Assembly (NCBI GenBank): GCA_013239625.1
Contig: MU054323.1
Coordinates: forward strand, 1,240,001-1,304,000
Length of the DNA stretch: 64,000 nt
Origin: Lama guanicoe
Taxonomy: Eukaryota
Direction of reading: 5' to 3'
This document shows positions 13,831 to 26,880 of this stretch, in pieces. The notes under the pieces were generated by a model. It saw only the letters and a list, made by a program, of their open reading frames with translations. It ran no database searches and was not told where the DNA came from. Within the stretch, counting starts at the first letter, position 1; each line of letters starts with the position of its first letter. Made by a program: the position numbers and the translations under genes.

Positions 13831-14325
13831 TCATACATCTTCCTCCAGAAAGTCTCCTTTGAGGATGCAGCCCTGAATGACCTCATACCTCTTTCTTCCC
13901 CACCCACTGCTTACTCAGCACACTTTGCCTAGTGGTGACTCTTGGTCTCTAATGCTGTTTTCCACTCAACCATGAAATTCTCGAGGACAGGATATGCTCT
14001 TATATTTTTGGCACTTCTTACCTATCTTCCACTAGGTTTTTTTATCCCACTGAAATACAATTTTTTGGTAAGGACAAACATCTACTTGGACGTTCTGTTG
14101 ACCTTTGCATACCTTTAGACGTTTTGAATAGTGCTATGTACATAGTAGACATCTAAAAACTGGATATTGACATGAATATAAATTGGATTTAGACTAAATA
14201 TCCACTTGAAAGATGAAGAAACTAGGATACAAAGAGGTTAAAAGCCAAAATTCTCACTGGGATTTTCTGACAGAGCTAGGTCTCTTGATTCACTAAAGTG
14301 ACTTTTTTTTTCCTCACGCTATACC

Positions 14326-14432
14326 TAGGGTGACTAATTTATTGCCCCAAATAGGACATTTTTAAGAATAAAATGAGAATATTTAAAGTTATTCCAGGAC
14401 AATAGGCATAAACTAGGATGTATCATCACCTA
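14326..14432. mobile_element. MER81-like hAT-Blackjack MITE
   Basis: TIRs tagggtgac / tcaccta; ~107 bp. Confidence 0.7.
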
Positions 14433-14559
14433 ATTATTTCTCACTGCCTTTACCAATGCAATATGGCTACACATGCTTATATATAGTGCATATAATGTGT
14501 CATGTGCTGTTCTGAGATTATAAATACTATCTATGATGTAGTTATAGATATAAATATAT

Positions 14560-14740
14560 ATATAAAATAACAACGTGTTTAATCTCCATAAACAAGTACT
14601 GTTATTATCCCATTGTACAGATGAGAAAACTGAGGCACAGAGCAGATAAGTAACCTGCCTGAAGTCATACCTCTAACAAACATTGGAGCTAAGATTTGAA
14701 TCTGAAAAGTCTGGTGCACAAGCCTTTGCTCTCAACCACC
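14560..14740 (-). mobile_element. MIR SINE
   Basis: ttattatcccattgtacagatgagaaaactgaggcacagag..gatttgaa. Confidence 0.9.
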
Positions 14741-17408
14741 ACAAAATAGAAAGCAGGCACTCAGTCGTATCTGATGGCATTTATTCCTAGCTAAGAGCCT
14801 TCCCCTTGGTCAAGGCCCCTTAGTACCATTACCATGGCATGGTAGAAGGAGCCCAGGGTCAGGAAGCAAAAGAGATAGGGTCCAGTGTTCACTCACCCTC
14901 TAGATCATCAGGTCACTCTCCTCGGTTTTCCATCTTTAACGGTGGAAAGGGATACTGCTTTATCTAGAAGTCTACCAGCATGAGAGGCACCATTAATAGG
15001 ATTGATGGATATGGTTTCTCTTTAGTGTTTAGTGCGGCCTAGCACCTTATGAGTACCAAGGAAGAGAACTCACTTTGGCCTGGATCTTGAGGGACAATTC
15101 TTCTCGACTTCTGAGGGTTTTGATGACAACAGGCCAGCTTACTCACAACAGCCTGTGAAATTGGGATAGCATCTCCAGTTACAGATGGGAAGGGGAAAAA
15201 CTCAGAAAGACTAAATGATTTACCCAAAGTCATACTGTTGGTATATGGAAGACCCAGGATTGGGACCCAGTCTATCTAATTCCAAAGTTGTAAACGTTAT
15301 CCTATAGCAGTCTGACATACAAATAGCACCTTAATTAGCGAACAAAGCTTGTCTTTCCAGCTTCTCAACGTTGTAATTCAATAGCTCTGTGGGTCAGAAA
15401 TACTAGCATCCAGAAAGGACCAAAAGCATTGTTTGGGAGGTGGGGGAAGGACGAGGCAAGAAAAGAATTCCATCCAATTTAACCAGCTTTACTACCTGCA
15501 ACATTCCTACCAACCAAACATACTTAGAAACCAGGTATAATCAAGATGTTTATGAAGCACCACAAAAAATATACTGCTGAATTTCTGAAGCTCTATGGTT
15601 GCCAGGGAAACAAAAAATCTCTTACTTACAGGGAAGCTTTTTGGAGAGTGGGACATGACTCAGAGATATGAGGAACTGGAGTCTTTACAGGAGAAAACTG
15701 CCTGAGTGAAGCATTCAGGTTCAACACCATACACCTGTCTGACTTGAGTTTCCCGAAGTCCACCTCCACTCCCGATTCTTGTTATACTAATGCTGGGTAT
15801 GGACCCCACCACTGCTTTTCAGTTCGCTGAGGACCACGGGTCCCAGGCAAGCCTGGTTTCTTTAGAAATCTTCCCCCCTCTTGGCGATAGGCATCAGGAC
15901 CAGCACAAAAGGGCACTTTGGAGGATAAGCAGGGCTTTCGGCTGTGGACCCTGAACCATCTCTCTGGGCCCACCTTAGAGCTGGCTCCATTCCTGACCTC
16001 CTTTGTTGCTGGCTTCTCATTACAGTTTCTGTTTATGTCCCAATTTCCTTTCTGCTCTGACCTGCAACATCTATTCCACTACTGGATGTCTCTGTCTTCC
16101 CTCACTCAGAATTTGGGGTTCTATGAGCCAGTCTTTCAGGAGACAGTGTTCCCCCAATAATTTCAGCCCTCAGAAACTTTTAGGTAACAGCTACCCTTTT
16201 CATAGGAGCCAGGATGCCTACTGCCATGGAGCAGAGTCAGCTCATAAAAAGGATCTTAATAGTCACTATTGCAGTGCTCAGCCTGAGGACATCCTCCCCT
16301 CTCTGCCATCTCAGTAAGTGGACAGCCAACCCTTGCTGGGTAAACCCCTGCCTGGGCTGCCCCCCTGTCAACCAGTTTTGGACAGCTGCAACTGTCGGAG
16401 TGTCTCCTCATTGGTCTTGGTCCTACCTTCTAGGCTAGACATGCTCTCTGGCCCAGGAAGTTCCTCAAGAGAGATGCGGGCCACTGTCAAGCTCCCTGTC
16501 CCAAGATCTCCCCTCCAGCAATTGCCCACAGGACCACACACCTTTCCTGTCAGGAACATACAGAGAGTTCTCTACTCTCTCACCATGACTTTGGCTCTTA
16601 AGTGGAATGACCACAGAATATTCTCAGGATAGCACTGGAACTTCACATCCCATCTCCTGAGCTCCCTCACTGACAATCTTCCCACAGGCCCTCAAGTCCT
16701 GATTTGTGCTTTCAGGCATCCTTGTCCCTCCTCTTCCCATGTCTGAGTGGGGTCTCCTTTGGAAATCTCAGTCTACTTTCTGCAAGGAAGCAGTATCTTG
16801 TTCTTTTACCTCCCTCTCTAACAATGTCCTCTCACAGTCAAACAACAGTTACTGAGTACTTATAGTATTCTCAGTCCTATCTGGCTTTATTAGGATTTCC
16901 TGGCTTAGATACTCCCAACTCTTCCATAGAACACCCACTGGTGAACATTGCCTTGGAGGAAAGAGAGTCCCTTCCCTTCTCAGCTTTAAGAGTATCTGCT
17001 TAACTCCATGCCTTTAAACCAGGAAAACTACCCAAGCCCTATGGACTAATCCACAGTGGCAAATAAAAATGAGCCTTGAACACTCCAGCCCCATTGATGA
17101 AACTGCCTGAGCTCTTCCTGCACCCTTCTCCTTCTCTCTCACCTCTGGAACTATTATTCATATCCCTGACTCCCAGCATCCAGAATCCACCAACACTAGT
17201 CATTCCTTGGAAGAAGCCCAGGTTTGCTTTTTGGCTCTGTTCTTGGCATTATTTCTTTGACAAGGTATGTGTTCACCCTCCCCATGCTGTTAGCTCTCTT
17301 CAGTTACCTGCACAGTTTGAACTAAGCAGGCACCAGTGCAAACCTTATGAAATGGGTCAAGTTTAAAAAACACAGCTAAACATGTAAGAATTGTTTTAAC
17401 TATGACAC

Positions 17409-17441
17409 CAAAAAAAAAAAAAGAGAGAGAGAGAGAGCGAG
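17409..17441. repeat. Poly(A)-(GA)n microsatellite
   Basis: Read directly. Confidence 0.85.
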
Positions 17442-18629
17442 CTTGTGTTGTTGTGTTGGGGCTACGAGTACTGGCGCTGCAAGGCTTCTTTTAGTCATTG
17501 GGAGTCATTAGAGCTCAGGGAGTCTCTAGCCATCATTCCATGCTGATGCTTTTGTCTGGTTTCTAGACAGACAAGATGATTTCCAAAGCCTAATGCAGAG
17601 GCAAAAGACCCACTGTATTCCCAGAATCACTAATTTCTTTCATGGTCAGCCTCAAAGGAACTCTGAATACTGCAGCTGGCTTTCCAGCACACAGGCCAAA
17701 AGGACTGACGGCCACTAAAGAAAACCTCAGTCTGGCCAAATGTGAAGTCATTTCATTCACAATGTATAGATTAGTTATGCCTAATGAAATTTTGGCCAGA
17801 AAATTTTGTTTCCATTTTCATAGTTAATGATCACCTACCTGAAAAGAATGGTAGCGTTTTAAACAATACTCCAGTAATAATTTATTCATCCATCACACAG
17901 AAATCTTATTAGATACAGACCATGTTTGGTGGAATTAGCATCTAATCATAAGGCCCTATTCCAGAATATCTAGCTGAAAACCCAGATGGGAGAGTAAGTC
18001 TGTGGAAGTACAAAATAAAGCAGCAGAGCCTTGATGTCTCAAGCAGAGTTTTATCCATAGAAAGCACATATTGTTGCAATTTTTAGTCACCAATGAAATG
18101 TTGGCTAGTCAAAAAGAAGGAATATATATATATAATTAACTAAAAACTGAGCCATCTTAAGCACTGGTCAGTCTTTTCCCCAGGAGAGGCCAGGCTCCTC
18201 TAGGGCAGACTCCCCAGCCAGGATGAAGGCTCAGCAAAGCTCAGCAATGAGCTCCATGTCCTTATTCTCCACTCCCCCCTTTCACCCTTAGGTTGCCCAT
18301 GTTCTGAGCATCTCATCATTCTTCACATGTGATTGAGCCTATTCTAATGTCTGGGCCTGGATTCCTCCATCCTACATACAAGGCCTCCCAGCTTTGCCCG
18401 CCCCAATTCTTCCCACTTGTGAATTCCCAACTAAAAGTCCTCCTCCCTCAAGAAGGCTTCCTAAATAAATTTGAGCCCCAAAGTTCTCTCCCTCTTCACC
18501 AACTGACTGTTCCAGTAAATTAGAAATAATATTGGTCCTTCCTTAGCACATGCTCTTAGATGGTTGTCTCATTTAACTCCTGAATCTCCTAATTTAAAAT
18601 TGATCTCACTCACTTTCAAACACTTAGGA

Positions 18630-19620
18630 CACAATGTCACACCCATTAGGATGGATACAAAGATTAAAACAGAAAATAACTAGTATTGATGGGGATGTGA
18701 TGAAATTGGAACATCTGTGCACTGTTGGTGGGAATGTAAAATGGCATAGACACTCTGAAAAACAGCATGTCAATTCCTTTAAAAATTAAAAATTAAATTA
18801 CCATATGATTCAGGAATTTCAAATTTAGTATATACCCAAAAAAAGTGAAAGCATGAAGGCGAGTGTCAAAGAGACAGTTATACACTCATGTTCATAGCAA
18901 CATTATTCACAACAGCTAAAATGTGGAAACAACCCAAGTGTCCATCAGGGGATGAACAGATAAGAAAAATGCAGTATATAAATACAGTGGGATATTATTT
19001 AGCCCTAAAAAGGAAGGAAATTCTGACACATGCTACAATGCTACAATATGGATAAACCTTAAGTTTCATCCATATTGCTAAGTTAAATAAGACAGTAACA
19101 AAAACACAAATACTGGATGATTCCATTTACATGAGGTACTTAGGGTAATCAAATTTACAAAGATGAAAGTAAAATGGTACTTTCTAGGGGCTGGGGAGGA
19201 GGCAATAAAGAGTTATTGATTTATGAGTCTAGAGTTTCAGTTTTGCAAGATGAGTTCTGGAGCTGGATGGTAGTGATGTATGTATGTGAATGTAATCAAT
19301 GCCACTGAAGTCTATACTTCAAAATAGTTAAGATTCAAGATTTGCAGATACTAACTAATATATATAAAACAGATAAATAACAAGTTCATACTGTATAGCA
19401 CAGGGAACTATGTTTAATATCTTGTAGTAACATGGTGAAAAAGAACCTGAAAATGAATATATGTATGTTCATGTAGGACTGAGCATTACACTGTACACCA
19501 GAAACTGACACAACATTGCAAACTGACTATACTTCAATAAGAATAAATATGTACAAAAAATGGTTAAGGCGGTAAGTTGTCTGTTATGTATACTTTACTA
19601 CAACAACAAAAAAAGAAATG
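18630..19620 (+). mobile_element. L1MA/L1MB-type 3' end
   Basis: cacacccattaggatgg..cactgttggtgggaatgtaaaatgg..gtttcagttttgcaagatg..aaaatagttaag; host of a younger L1. Confidence 0.9.
19334..19556 (+). mobile_element. 5'-truncated young L1 3'UTR (camelid-like), nested
   Basis: agatttgcagatactaac..ctgtatagcacaggg..aactgactatacttcaataa; TSD aaaatagttaag / aaaatggttaag. Confidence 0.9.
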
Positions 19621-21319
19621 GGGGAAAAGAAAAAGACTGATACGGAAGAAAACCTAACATTCCTATTGTCTCCTGTGCTGAGTGATTTTTATAGACTATG
19701 TCTCTTAATCTTTGTAACAACCTTGATTTTAACCCCTTTATTTCAGATGAGCAAATGAAGCTGATGCTGAGAATATCGGTAATTTTCCCAGGTTTTCCAA
19801 CAGACAGGAAATGCGGATTTGAACATGTATCTGACCTATGACCACTGCTTGTACATTACCCCTCAACATATCCCCTTACTTAGACAGGTGCTCCATCTCT
19901 TCTCATGCAGTTTAATCCCCTGAGAGAGCAGACTGTGCTTTAAATGTTCATGCCTCTTCATTAGCATACCCACAGCTAAAATAGGTGCTTCTCAAATGTT
20001 TATGGAATCCATTCTCCTCCTTGCTTACTTGATGGTGAATGGCCCAGAACTGGAGGGTGCTTTGGTGTCATTTTCACCTAGATTATTGGATTTGACTCAA
20101 GACAGATCTTTGATCACCCAGGATGCCAGGCTGTGCCCTTCTCCACTACAATCTATAATCTGACAAAAGAATCTATTTTAGGATTTCCCACGTCCGCTGT
20201 GGTTCTGAGTAATGCCTGAGACTTGTTATCTAGCAATTAAGCAAGAAAAGATGGGAAATTGTATTAACATTTTCCACACTGTTGAGCTTTCTATACCTAA
20301 CCTTGAATACTGAATACTGTGCTGAGTTATGATTCATCACGGAACGATGGTTTTATTTATAAAAAAAGGAAACAAAGCTTAACTCTCAGTAGGATGGCTA
20401 CTTTTAAACAGAAAAGAGCATAAAACATGCATTTTAAAATTGTAAATGTTGAAAATGAAAAATAAACTATTTCCCTTACTGAAGCTTTTCAGATGTTTCT
20501 TCTTTGCTTCCTAGCCTTCACCAAAATAATAAAAAATAGTATTAACTTCTCATTTTCATTTGACTTGTTATCCCTCTGGAAAGGGATAACATACCCTACC
20601 CTAATAGCCACATACCCAAGGTCTTGTCTTCCTTCAAGATGCAGCTCTACACCCACCCTTCTTCCATGAAGACTTCTCTGATCAACTCCCCATCTCCCTT
20701 CTTTCCTGCAATTACCTCCTTCCATGTACCTCATCCAGCAGTCTGCACTTGAGTTTCCTAGTGCTATTCATTTCCATCTCTCATCTTCTCTCTAAACTGG
20801 ATACTCCTGCAGAATAAGAGATTTTATTTCTTTGAATCATAGCCCAAGGCATTGTAGTCACTCAGTAAGTATGCATTGTTGACATATATTTAAAATATTG
20901 CATGTATTATATTTCAGTTATGTACAGATAGAATGCAGAGTTTAAATAGATCCAATTTCCTTTAGAACATTGGGCAGAAGAGTATCTACAGTTATCGCCA
21001 GTAATGTGGTTTTTAAAGGGCTGCCAGTTTTACCCGGGAAAACTGTTTATGATGAAATGTCCTCTTATGCATTTGTATCAGTGGACTCAGAAGCCAGGAC
21101 AGGTACAGACAAGGGTGGACAAGATGTGGTGGTTCCTGGAATGCTGTTAGATTCCAATTTTTAAGACTCTTCTAAAGCTAAGGGCAGGTAGTTTGAGAAC
21201 ATGTGGTAACCTGGTTAAATATTAACGTTCCACAGGCTAGGAGATGAGACTGATGTTTAATTCTCAGTGCTTTACTTCCCTGCCACCTTCTAGACAATAG
21301 AAAATTAAATTCTGATTCT

Positions 21320-21490
21320 AATGCAGTGCATCTCAACCTAGTTTCCCTTTACAATCACCTGGAGTGATATGAAAAAACATAAATTCCCAGGCCCTACCTC
21401 CAGAGAATTGGATGCAATTGGTCTGAACATCAGTATTTGTTAAAAGCTCCCAAGGTGATTTTAAAGTGTAACCAGAATTGAGAACGACTG
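21320..21490. mobile_element. MER5A-like MITE
   Basis: cagtgcatctcaacct..aatcacctggag..aagctcccaaggtgatt..ttgagaacgactg. Confidence 0.8.
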
Positions 21491-22617
21491 ATAAAGTGTT
21501 TGATTTGTTGATTCCTCACTCTGAGCTTGCCCCAATTGCCCAAAAAAATTAAAAAAAATTAAGAGTAACAATCTAGCCTCCATGCTGCTTCAAAAAAATG
21601 AGAATTTATTAGGTTTTAATAGAAAAAGTACAGTAGCAAAAGATATAATAAAGGATGATCAAATGCCCAATGACATTTCCAAAAGTCTGGGGATCTTGAG
21701 TCTTCGGCATTTCTTCCCCTGCACAGAGCCACACTGTGGCTGTTTGAATAAATATCTGTGGTTTTGGAAATCAACCAAGGAAAGACTCCCCTTGTCAGAG
21801 GGTGGCTGTCCTTACTACCTAGAAAAATGGCACCAACATATCACCGGGCATTTCAGTTTTCACTGCTTTTGAGAGGTGAAATGTTGGAGCCATGTACAAC
21901 TGGTCCTTGTCAAAGTGGAGAAAGTTCATTTCTGGTGTCAAATATTTGAACAATTAGAACAAGTTTATAATTGGGAAAAAGATGGAGGCAGAGAAAGAGG
22001 GGACTTTATGAGCAAACGCAGATTTATGGTTAACCAAACTATAACCAGAAGTAGCAGAATGGATTCCTACCTGCAACAAGGAGTAAATTAAACTCCCCAA
22101 GGGTATGCTAAACTCTTCCAGAAAGAACAACAGACCTGCTTTCTTGTTGCATGAGATGAATCATCATTCAGGGTTAGGGTCCATTAACAGCTGACTTCGT
22201 TACAAGGGGACTGTTGGTCATAAGGGGAAAACATAAAATGCATTGAAAACAGTTCATTCTGTAGTAAGATGATTAAAAGACGCATTTTAACCAGAACATA
22301 TACAAAGTGGGAGGATCTAAAGAGGAATAACAGCAGCATTGAGTCAAAAGTCCCTCAGACCATATATTCTTTGGTTTTCAACTGTCCCTGTATGTCCCTC
22401 AAGCAGCTAAAATTCAGCCAGTGAAAGATTAAGCCCAACATAGTCTCCTATATTCTCAATCTTCAGTGGTAGCACCACCCAGCAGCCTATGCTAGAAGTC
22501 CAGGACCTCCCTTGATTCTTCCTCCTCTTTCTTCCCATCCATGTCTAATTGCTCACCAGGTTTTTACCAATGTCTAGGCCTGGTTCAAGTTCAGTCTTTA
22601 TCATTGCTTGTCTAGAT

Positions 22618-22822
22618 CATGTGTTATATCAGACTACAACCCTTGGACCAAATCCTGGCCGTCAACCTATTTTTGTAATTAAAGTTTTATTTACATATTG
22701 TCCAGAACTGCTTTCAAGCTACAGTAAGAGTTGAGTCGTTGCAACATTAACCATATACAGTCCATAAAGGCAAAAATATTTAGCATCTGACCCTTTACAG
22801 AAAAAAGCCTTGCCAGCTTCTG
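22618..22822 (+). mobile_element. MER58A-like hAT-Charlie element inside an L2
   Basis: tttttgtaattaaagttttatt..aaaatatttagcatctgaccctttacagaaaaa; degenerate 8-bp TSD gtctagat / gtctatgt. Confidence 0.85.
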
Positions 22823-23669
22823 GTCTATGTCACTGCAATAGTCTTCCAGAGTATTATCCTACTCCACCCTCACCCTTAGGTTCACACCATCCCTCACACG
22901 GCTAATGGAATAGTCTTGCAAAAAACACAACTCCAGTCATGTCCCTCCATGGCTTAAAAGGATGGCTTCTCATCAGAAGTAAGATCCAAACTGTCAGCCT
23001 GGCATCAAGACCCCTCACTATCTTTTCATCCAGTCTCAGGCTCCCTTAGCTCCTTTGTTCTTCTCTCTTCTAGGCAGAATAGCTTTCCTTTCCTTGGGAA
23101 ATCTGTGCTGCAATTTGACATGAAGTCCATGCAGGCAAGTTTCCGCTCACAGTTTACCAGCTCATCATTTCAACAAAGCAAACTCTCCCCTAAAAGAGTT
23201 TACTTTCCAGTTTATTCTACTTACTGTACATTATCATATAATGATCTTGATAGAGAAGAGGGTCAGAAAGCTGGAACAGAAGTAGACCTTTGAGCGCAAG
23301 GAATGCATCAGGTATTAGATTAGGGCTGGGCTTCCAGAGACAATTATTTGAACAAAGTCATACGGTTATAAAAAAAGCAAGGTACGTTTGAAAAACAAGA
23401 AGTTTGCTATATGGTGCTGAATAGCCCCAGATAAGGACAGAAAGGTAATTTGTAAAAATTTAATGTCATAATGAGGGCCTTGTACATATCTGTTACCGGT
23501 CAAACTTCTAATGATGATAAAATCTTGGAAATCATCTCACATACGGAAAACCAATCTAAGACTGCTAAGCAGGGAAATGCCAGGATTGGATTTTCCTTTA
23601 AAAAGGAAATTGGTGAGAGTGAGAAATAAGTGGGGAAAATATAAAGGCAAAAAATCCAGTACAGAAGTA

Positions 23670-24358
23670 TGCTGTGTCCAGCACAGCGTGGGATCGTGTC
23701 TGAGGACGGGCGACACAAGACTTAAGAAATAAAGAGACAAAGTAAAGAGCAAAGATGGGACCAGGGGACTCAAGATCTCATGGCTCCAGAGTCCCGAAAG
23801 CTGGGTCGACATCGTATTTATTAGGAGTATACAGCTCAGAAAAAATGCGATCAAAGAGGTGAGGCTTTAGATATTCCATGCGATAAGCACCAAGTTCTGC
23901 TTGCTGATTAACTGATTAATTTCAGGCCTATTCCTTCCAGGAACAATCACCCTCCTCGAGGTATGCAAAATTTCTAAATCTATCCTGCTATTGCCTCCTG
24001 GACATCTCAAGATAGCAAATGTTTCCCCTGGGCTTAACCGCATGCTTTCAGGCCAGAACAAAGTTCTGTTAATGGATGATCCGGCTTTCCAGGACTGTCC
24101 ATCACTTTACCCTAAGGAAACATCTGCCCTCCTTCATGCCTTTATAGTCAGTCTCAGGATTGCTCACCACAAATTGTCTTTAGCATAAAACGTGCTATAG
24201 GTCATCTACTGCGTAAAACATTAAAACAAAGCAAGCACGTGCATTTTAAACAAGCAAGGGTGAATATAATATTTTAAGCTCATGGAAATTTAGGTGCGGC
24301 TTGTTTTCCAGCTGTTCGGGTTCCAGCGGCTTGTTTTCCAGCAGCTTGTCTCCCAGCA
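23670..24358 (-). mobile_element. ERVK (class II)-type solo LTR, 689 bp
   Basis: TGCTG...CAGCA termini; perfect 6-bp TSD gaagta (23664-23669, 24359-24364); AATAAA on the minus strand near 23820; CpGs retained; splits an L2 relic. Confidence 0.9.
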
Positions 24359-26679
24359 GAAGTAATTATAGTATCCCAGTGAAAAATAAAAAAAGCCTGG
24401 ACTTGGGTGCTGGCAGTTGAAAGCAAAAATGGAGTTAACAATTAACTGGATTTAGGAACTCTGGATACAGAAATGAATGCTGAATATAAGGCTTCTAATT
24501 TGTACACTTAACTAACTAGGTAGTAGAATCATGATCAAGATTACAGAAGGACCTGGTTTGGAAGGCAAGTGGCAGGTGCAGACAATAAGTTTCATATTAA
24601 GTCTCAGATGCTGGAGATTATCTAGGTAGCTCCACCACTGATGTAGTTTAAAACATTCCCCCACTCATCCAATGAAAACCTGAGGCTAGGGATTGGACTG
24701 CCATCATAATAATACTATGGGTGATCATCAGGGATAGGATGAGAGGAGAAAGCGTCAAGGGTAAACACTATTTGTTTCTTAATTCCTACCTACAAGTAAA
24801 AGTGAGATAGTTTGGAGAGTGGCAGAAACCTGGAGAGAATGTAGCCATTTCATCTAGGCTTCAAGGTTGCCCATGAACATCTTGATTCATGATCTTAGTT
24901 CATATTATCTCCACGGGCCTTAGGAAAAGAAATTATAAACTAATCAGAGAAAAAAGTTCTGATTCTCTCGACCAGAAACTTTAAAAGAATAAAGAACTGA
25001 ATATTATTTTGTGGTTGGCTTTATTCCTTTGATAACTATGTAAGTTTAAAAAGCTAAAGCTCTAACCTGTTCTTAGAAACAATGGTCAGTACATATACAT
25101 AAACTAAAAAAAAATTGTGCATATTGTGCACATGTATTTACATGCAATATAATGTATGTGTGCAATCAAATCGTAACAGTTCTACCTAATAAAACTGAAA
25201 AATGAAAAAAAAAGAAAATAGAACTGAAGATAATGAGACAGCTCAGAATTTAAATTCAGGATACGTTTTAAAAAATAACCCACAAATAAGGTAAAGGGAG
25301 GGGTATTTTATAAGGAAATGTTGAGAGGATTATTCCTGAGTAGGTCACAGGCCTGACTGAGTGCCAGTAGGTCTGGAAAGCTAAAGAGATGCAAATTTCC
25401 CATGGGAGACAAGGAGTTAAGCTGCATCTTTGCCTCCTGGGAGGGGTTAAATGGGGAAGCTGAAGGTGAGCTTCACGTTCAGGAATAAAAGCTGAGAGCG
25501 GAAGACAAAGGTTCCTATGATCATACAGGGGAGGTAGGTAAAAGTCAAGGGGACCGTGAAACTGAGAACTCTGCTACTTCATCTTGCTTTCTTATTTTTC
25601 TTTGACTCTCCTTTGTCTCTTTCCCACAGAAATCAGCAGTAAAGCCCTTATAATAAAAAGGGCCTGTAAGTTTATTTAGGGATACAATAAAGAAGCAGGT
25701 CAGTGTTAGCCGACAAGACCACGTTCTGCTCTACAGTCTGGAGAGAAGGAACGCAAAGAGATCAAGTACTCAGGAATAGCCATTAAATGAGAGAAATGCA
25801 GACTGAATTTCTAAGTTCTGCATCAAAGAAATAAAGGAGTCCTGAAATGTCAGCCTATAACTAGGGGGCCAAGAAATAGCTCTTATTCTATCTCATATTT
25901 TTAAAGAGCACCTTATGGAAGTTACCAAAAAGGCAATGAATTTAAGGGCAAATATAGTGTGTCACTTCTTTACAAGGAAGGCTGGAATCCAGCAACCACT
26001 AAATGTCTAGAGACAATCAAGGGGAGAACTGAAGGAGTTCAACAGTCACGGAGTGGCTAGATTCAGTACTCAGTGTGAGTAATTCTGTTAGGATAGAATT
26101 AAGGCGTAATCCTCAAACTTAAGTTGGCGTCCTCTTCTCCATGAAGAATGATCTCAGTTCACTCATTCAATAAACATTAATTAATCATATATCTGTACAA
26201 GCTACTGTATTAGATATTCACAGTAACACACACAATCTCTACACTTCAAAGGGCTCACAGTCCAAGGAAGGAAACTCAAGCCAAGTGAAGACAAGGCTCC
26301 AGACAAAACTGAAGTCATGTGAGAGCACGTGGGCACTGTCAGGCCCAGCCAAATCCCCCAACACTGAAGTGTGCTACACTGTACAGACCCACGGTCTCCG
26401 AGGCACAGAGGGAATGAGAGAGGTGCCCAAAGACTGAAAATGGGCAAACGCAGTCACAAAAATAAAGAAATGCAGACCTCATCAACAGAAGACCTGCAGC
26501 TTGATATCTTCAGACTGGCCAGCTGGCAGGGCCAACCAGGCTAACGGGGCCAGAGGCTGCATCTTGGCTGCTTTCTGATTCTCTGTTGTTCCTTCCTTTT
26601 CACATAGATTCCTAGAAAAAGAATTTTTGCTGCTTCTTGTGAGCTGACAAGACACTGGCACTAGCACAGGCTTAGCAGT

Positions 26680-26880
26680 GAGACCAATGCCCCATCCTTC
26701 ACTTGTTACCTGTATCATCTTGGCTACGTTTTTCAACCTTTCTGAAACTCAGTTTCCTTATCTACAAAATGGGAATAAAATATCTGCCCTCACAAGTTTG
26801 CTGTGAAGATTTATTGAGAAAATAAATCCAGTTCAGTGTTTGGCAAATAATAGCTAATCAATAAATATTATTAGTTATCA
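26680..26880 (+). mobile_element. MIR SINE
   Basis: ctcagtttccttatctacaaaatgggaataa..tgtgaagatt..caataaatattattag. Confidence 0.85.

Noticed and set aside
15900..17000. Pyrimidine-rich stretch with several 70-104 aa ORFs
   Set aside because: Probably a very old LTR-type relic; neither a family nor a gene could be supported.
20566..20591. Perfect 10-bp inverted repeat tgttatccct / agggataaca
   Set aside because: About one such short hairpin is expected by chance in 64 kb.
20965..21164. Possible exon with two open frames
   Set aside because: Weak donor and no recognisable peptide.
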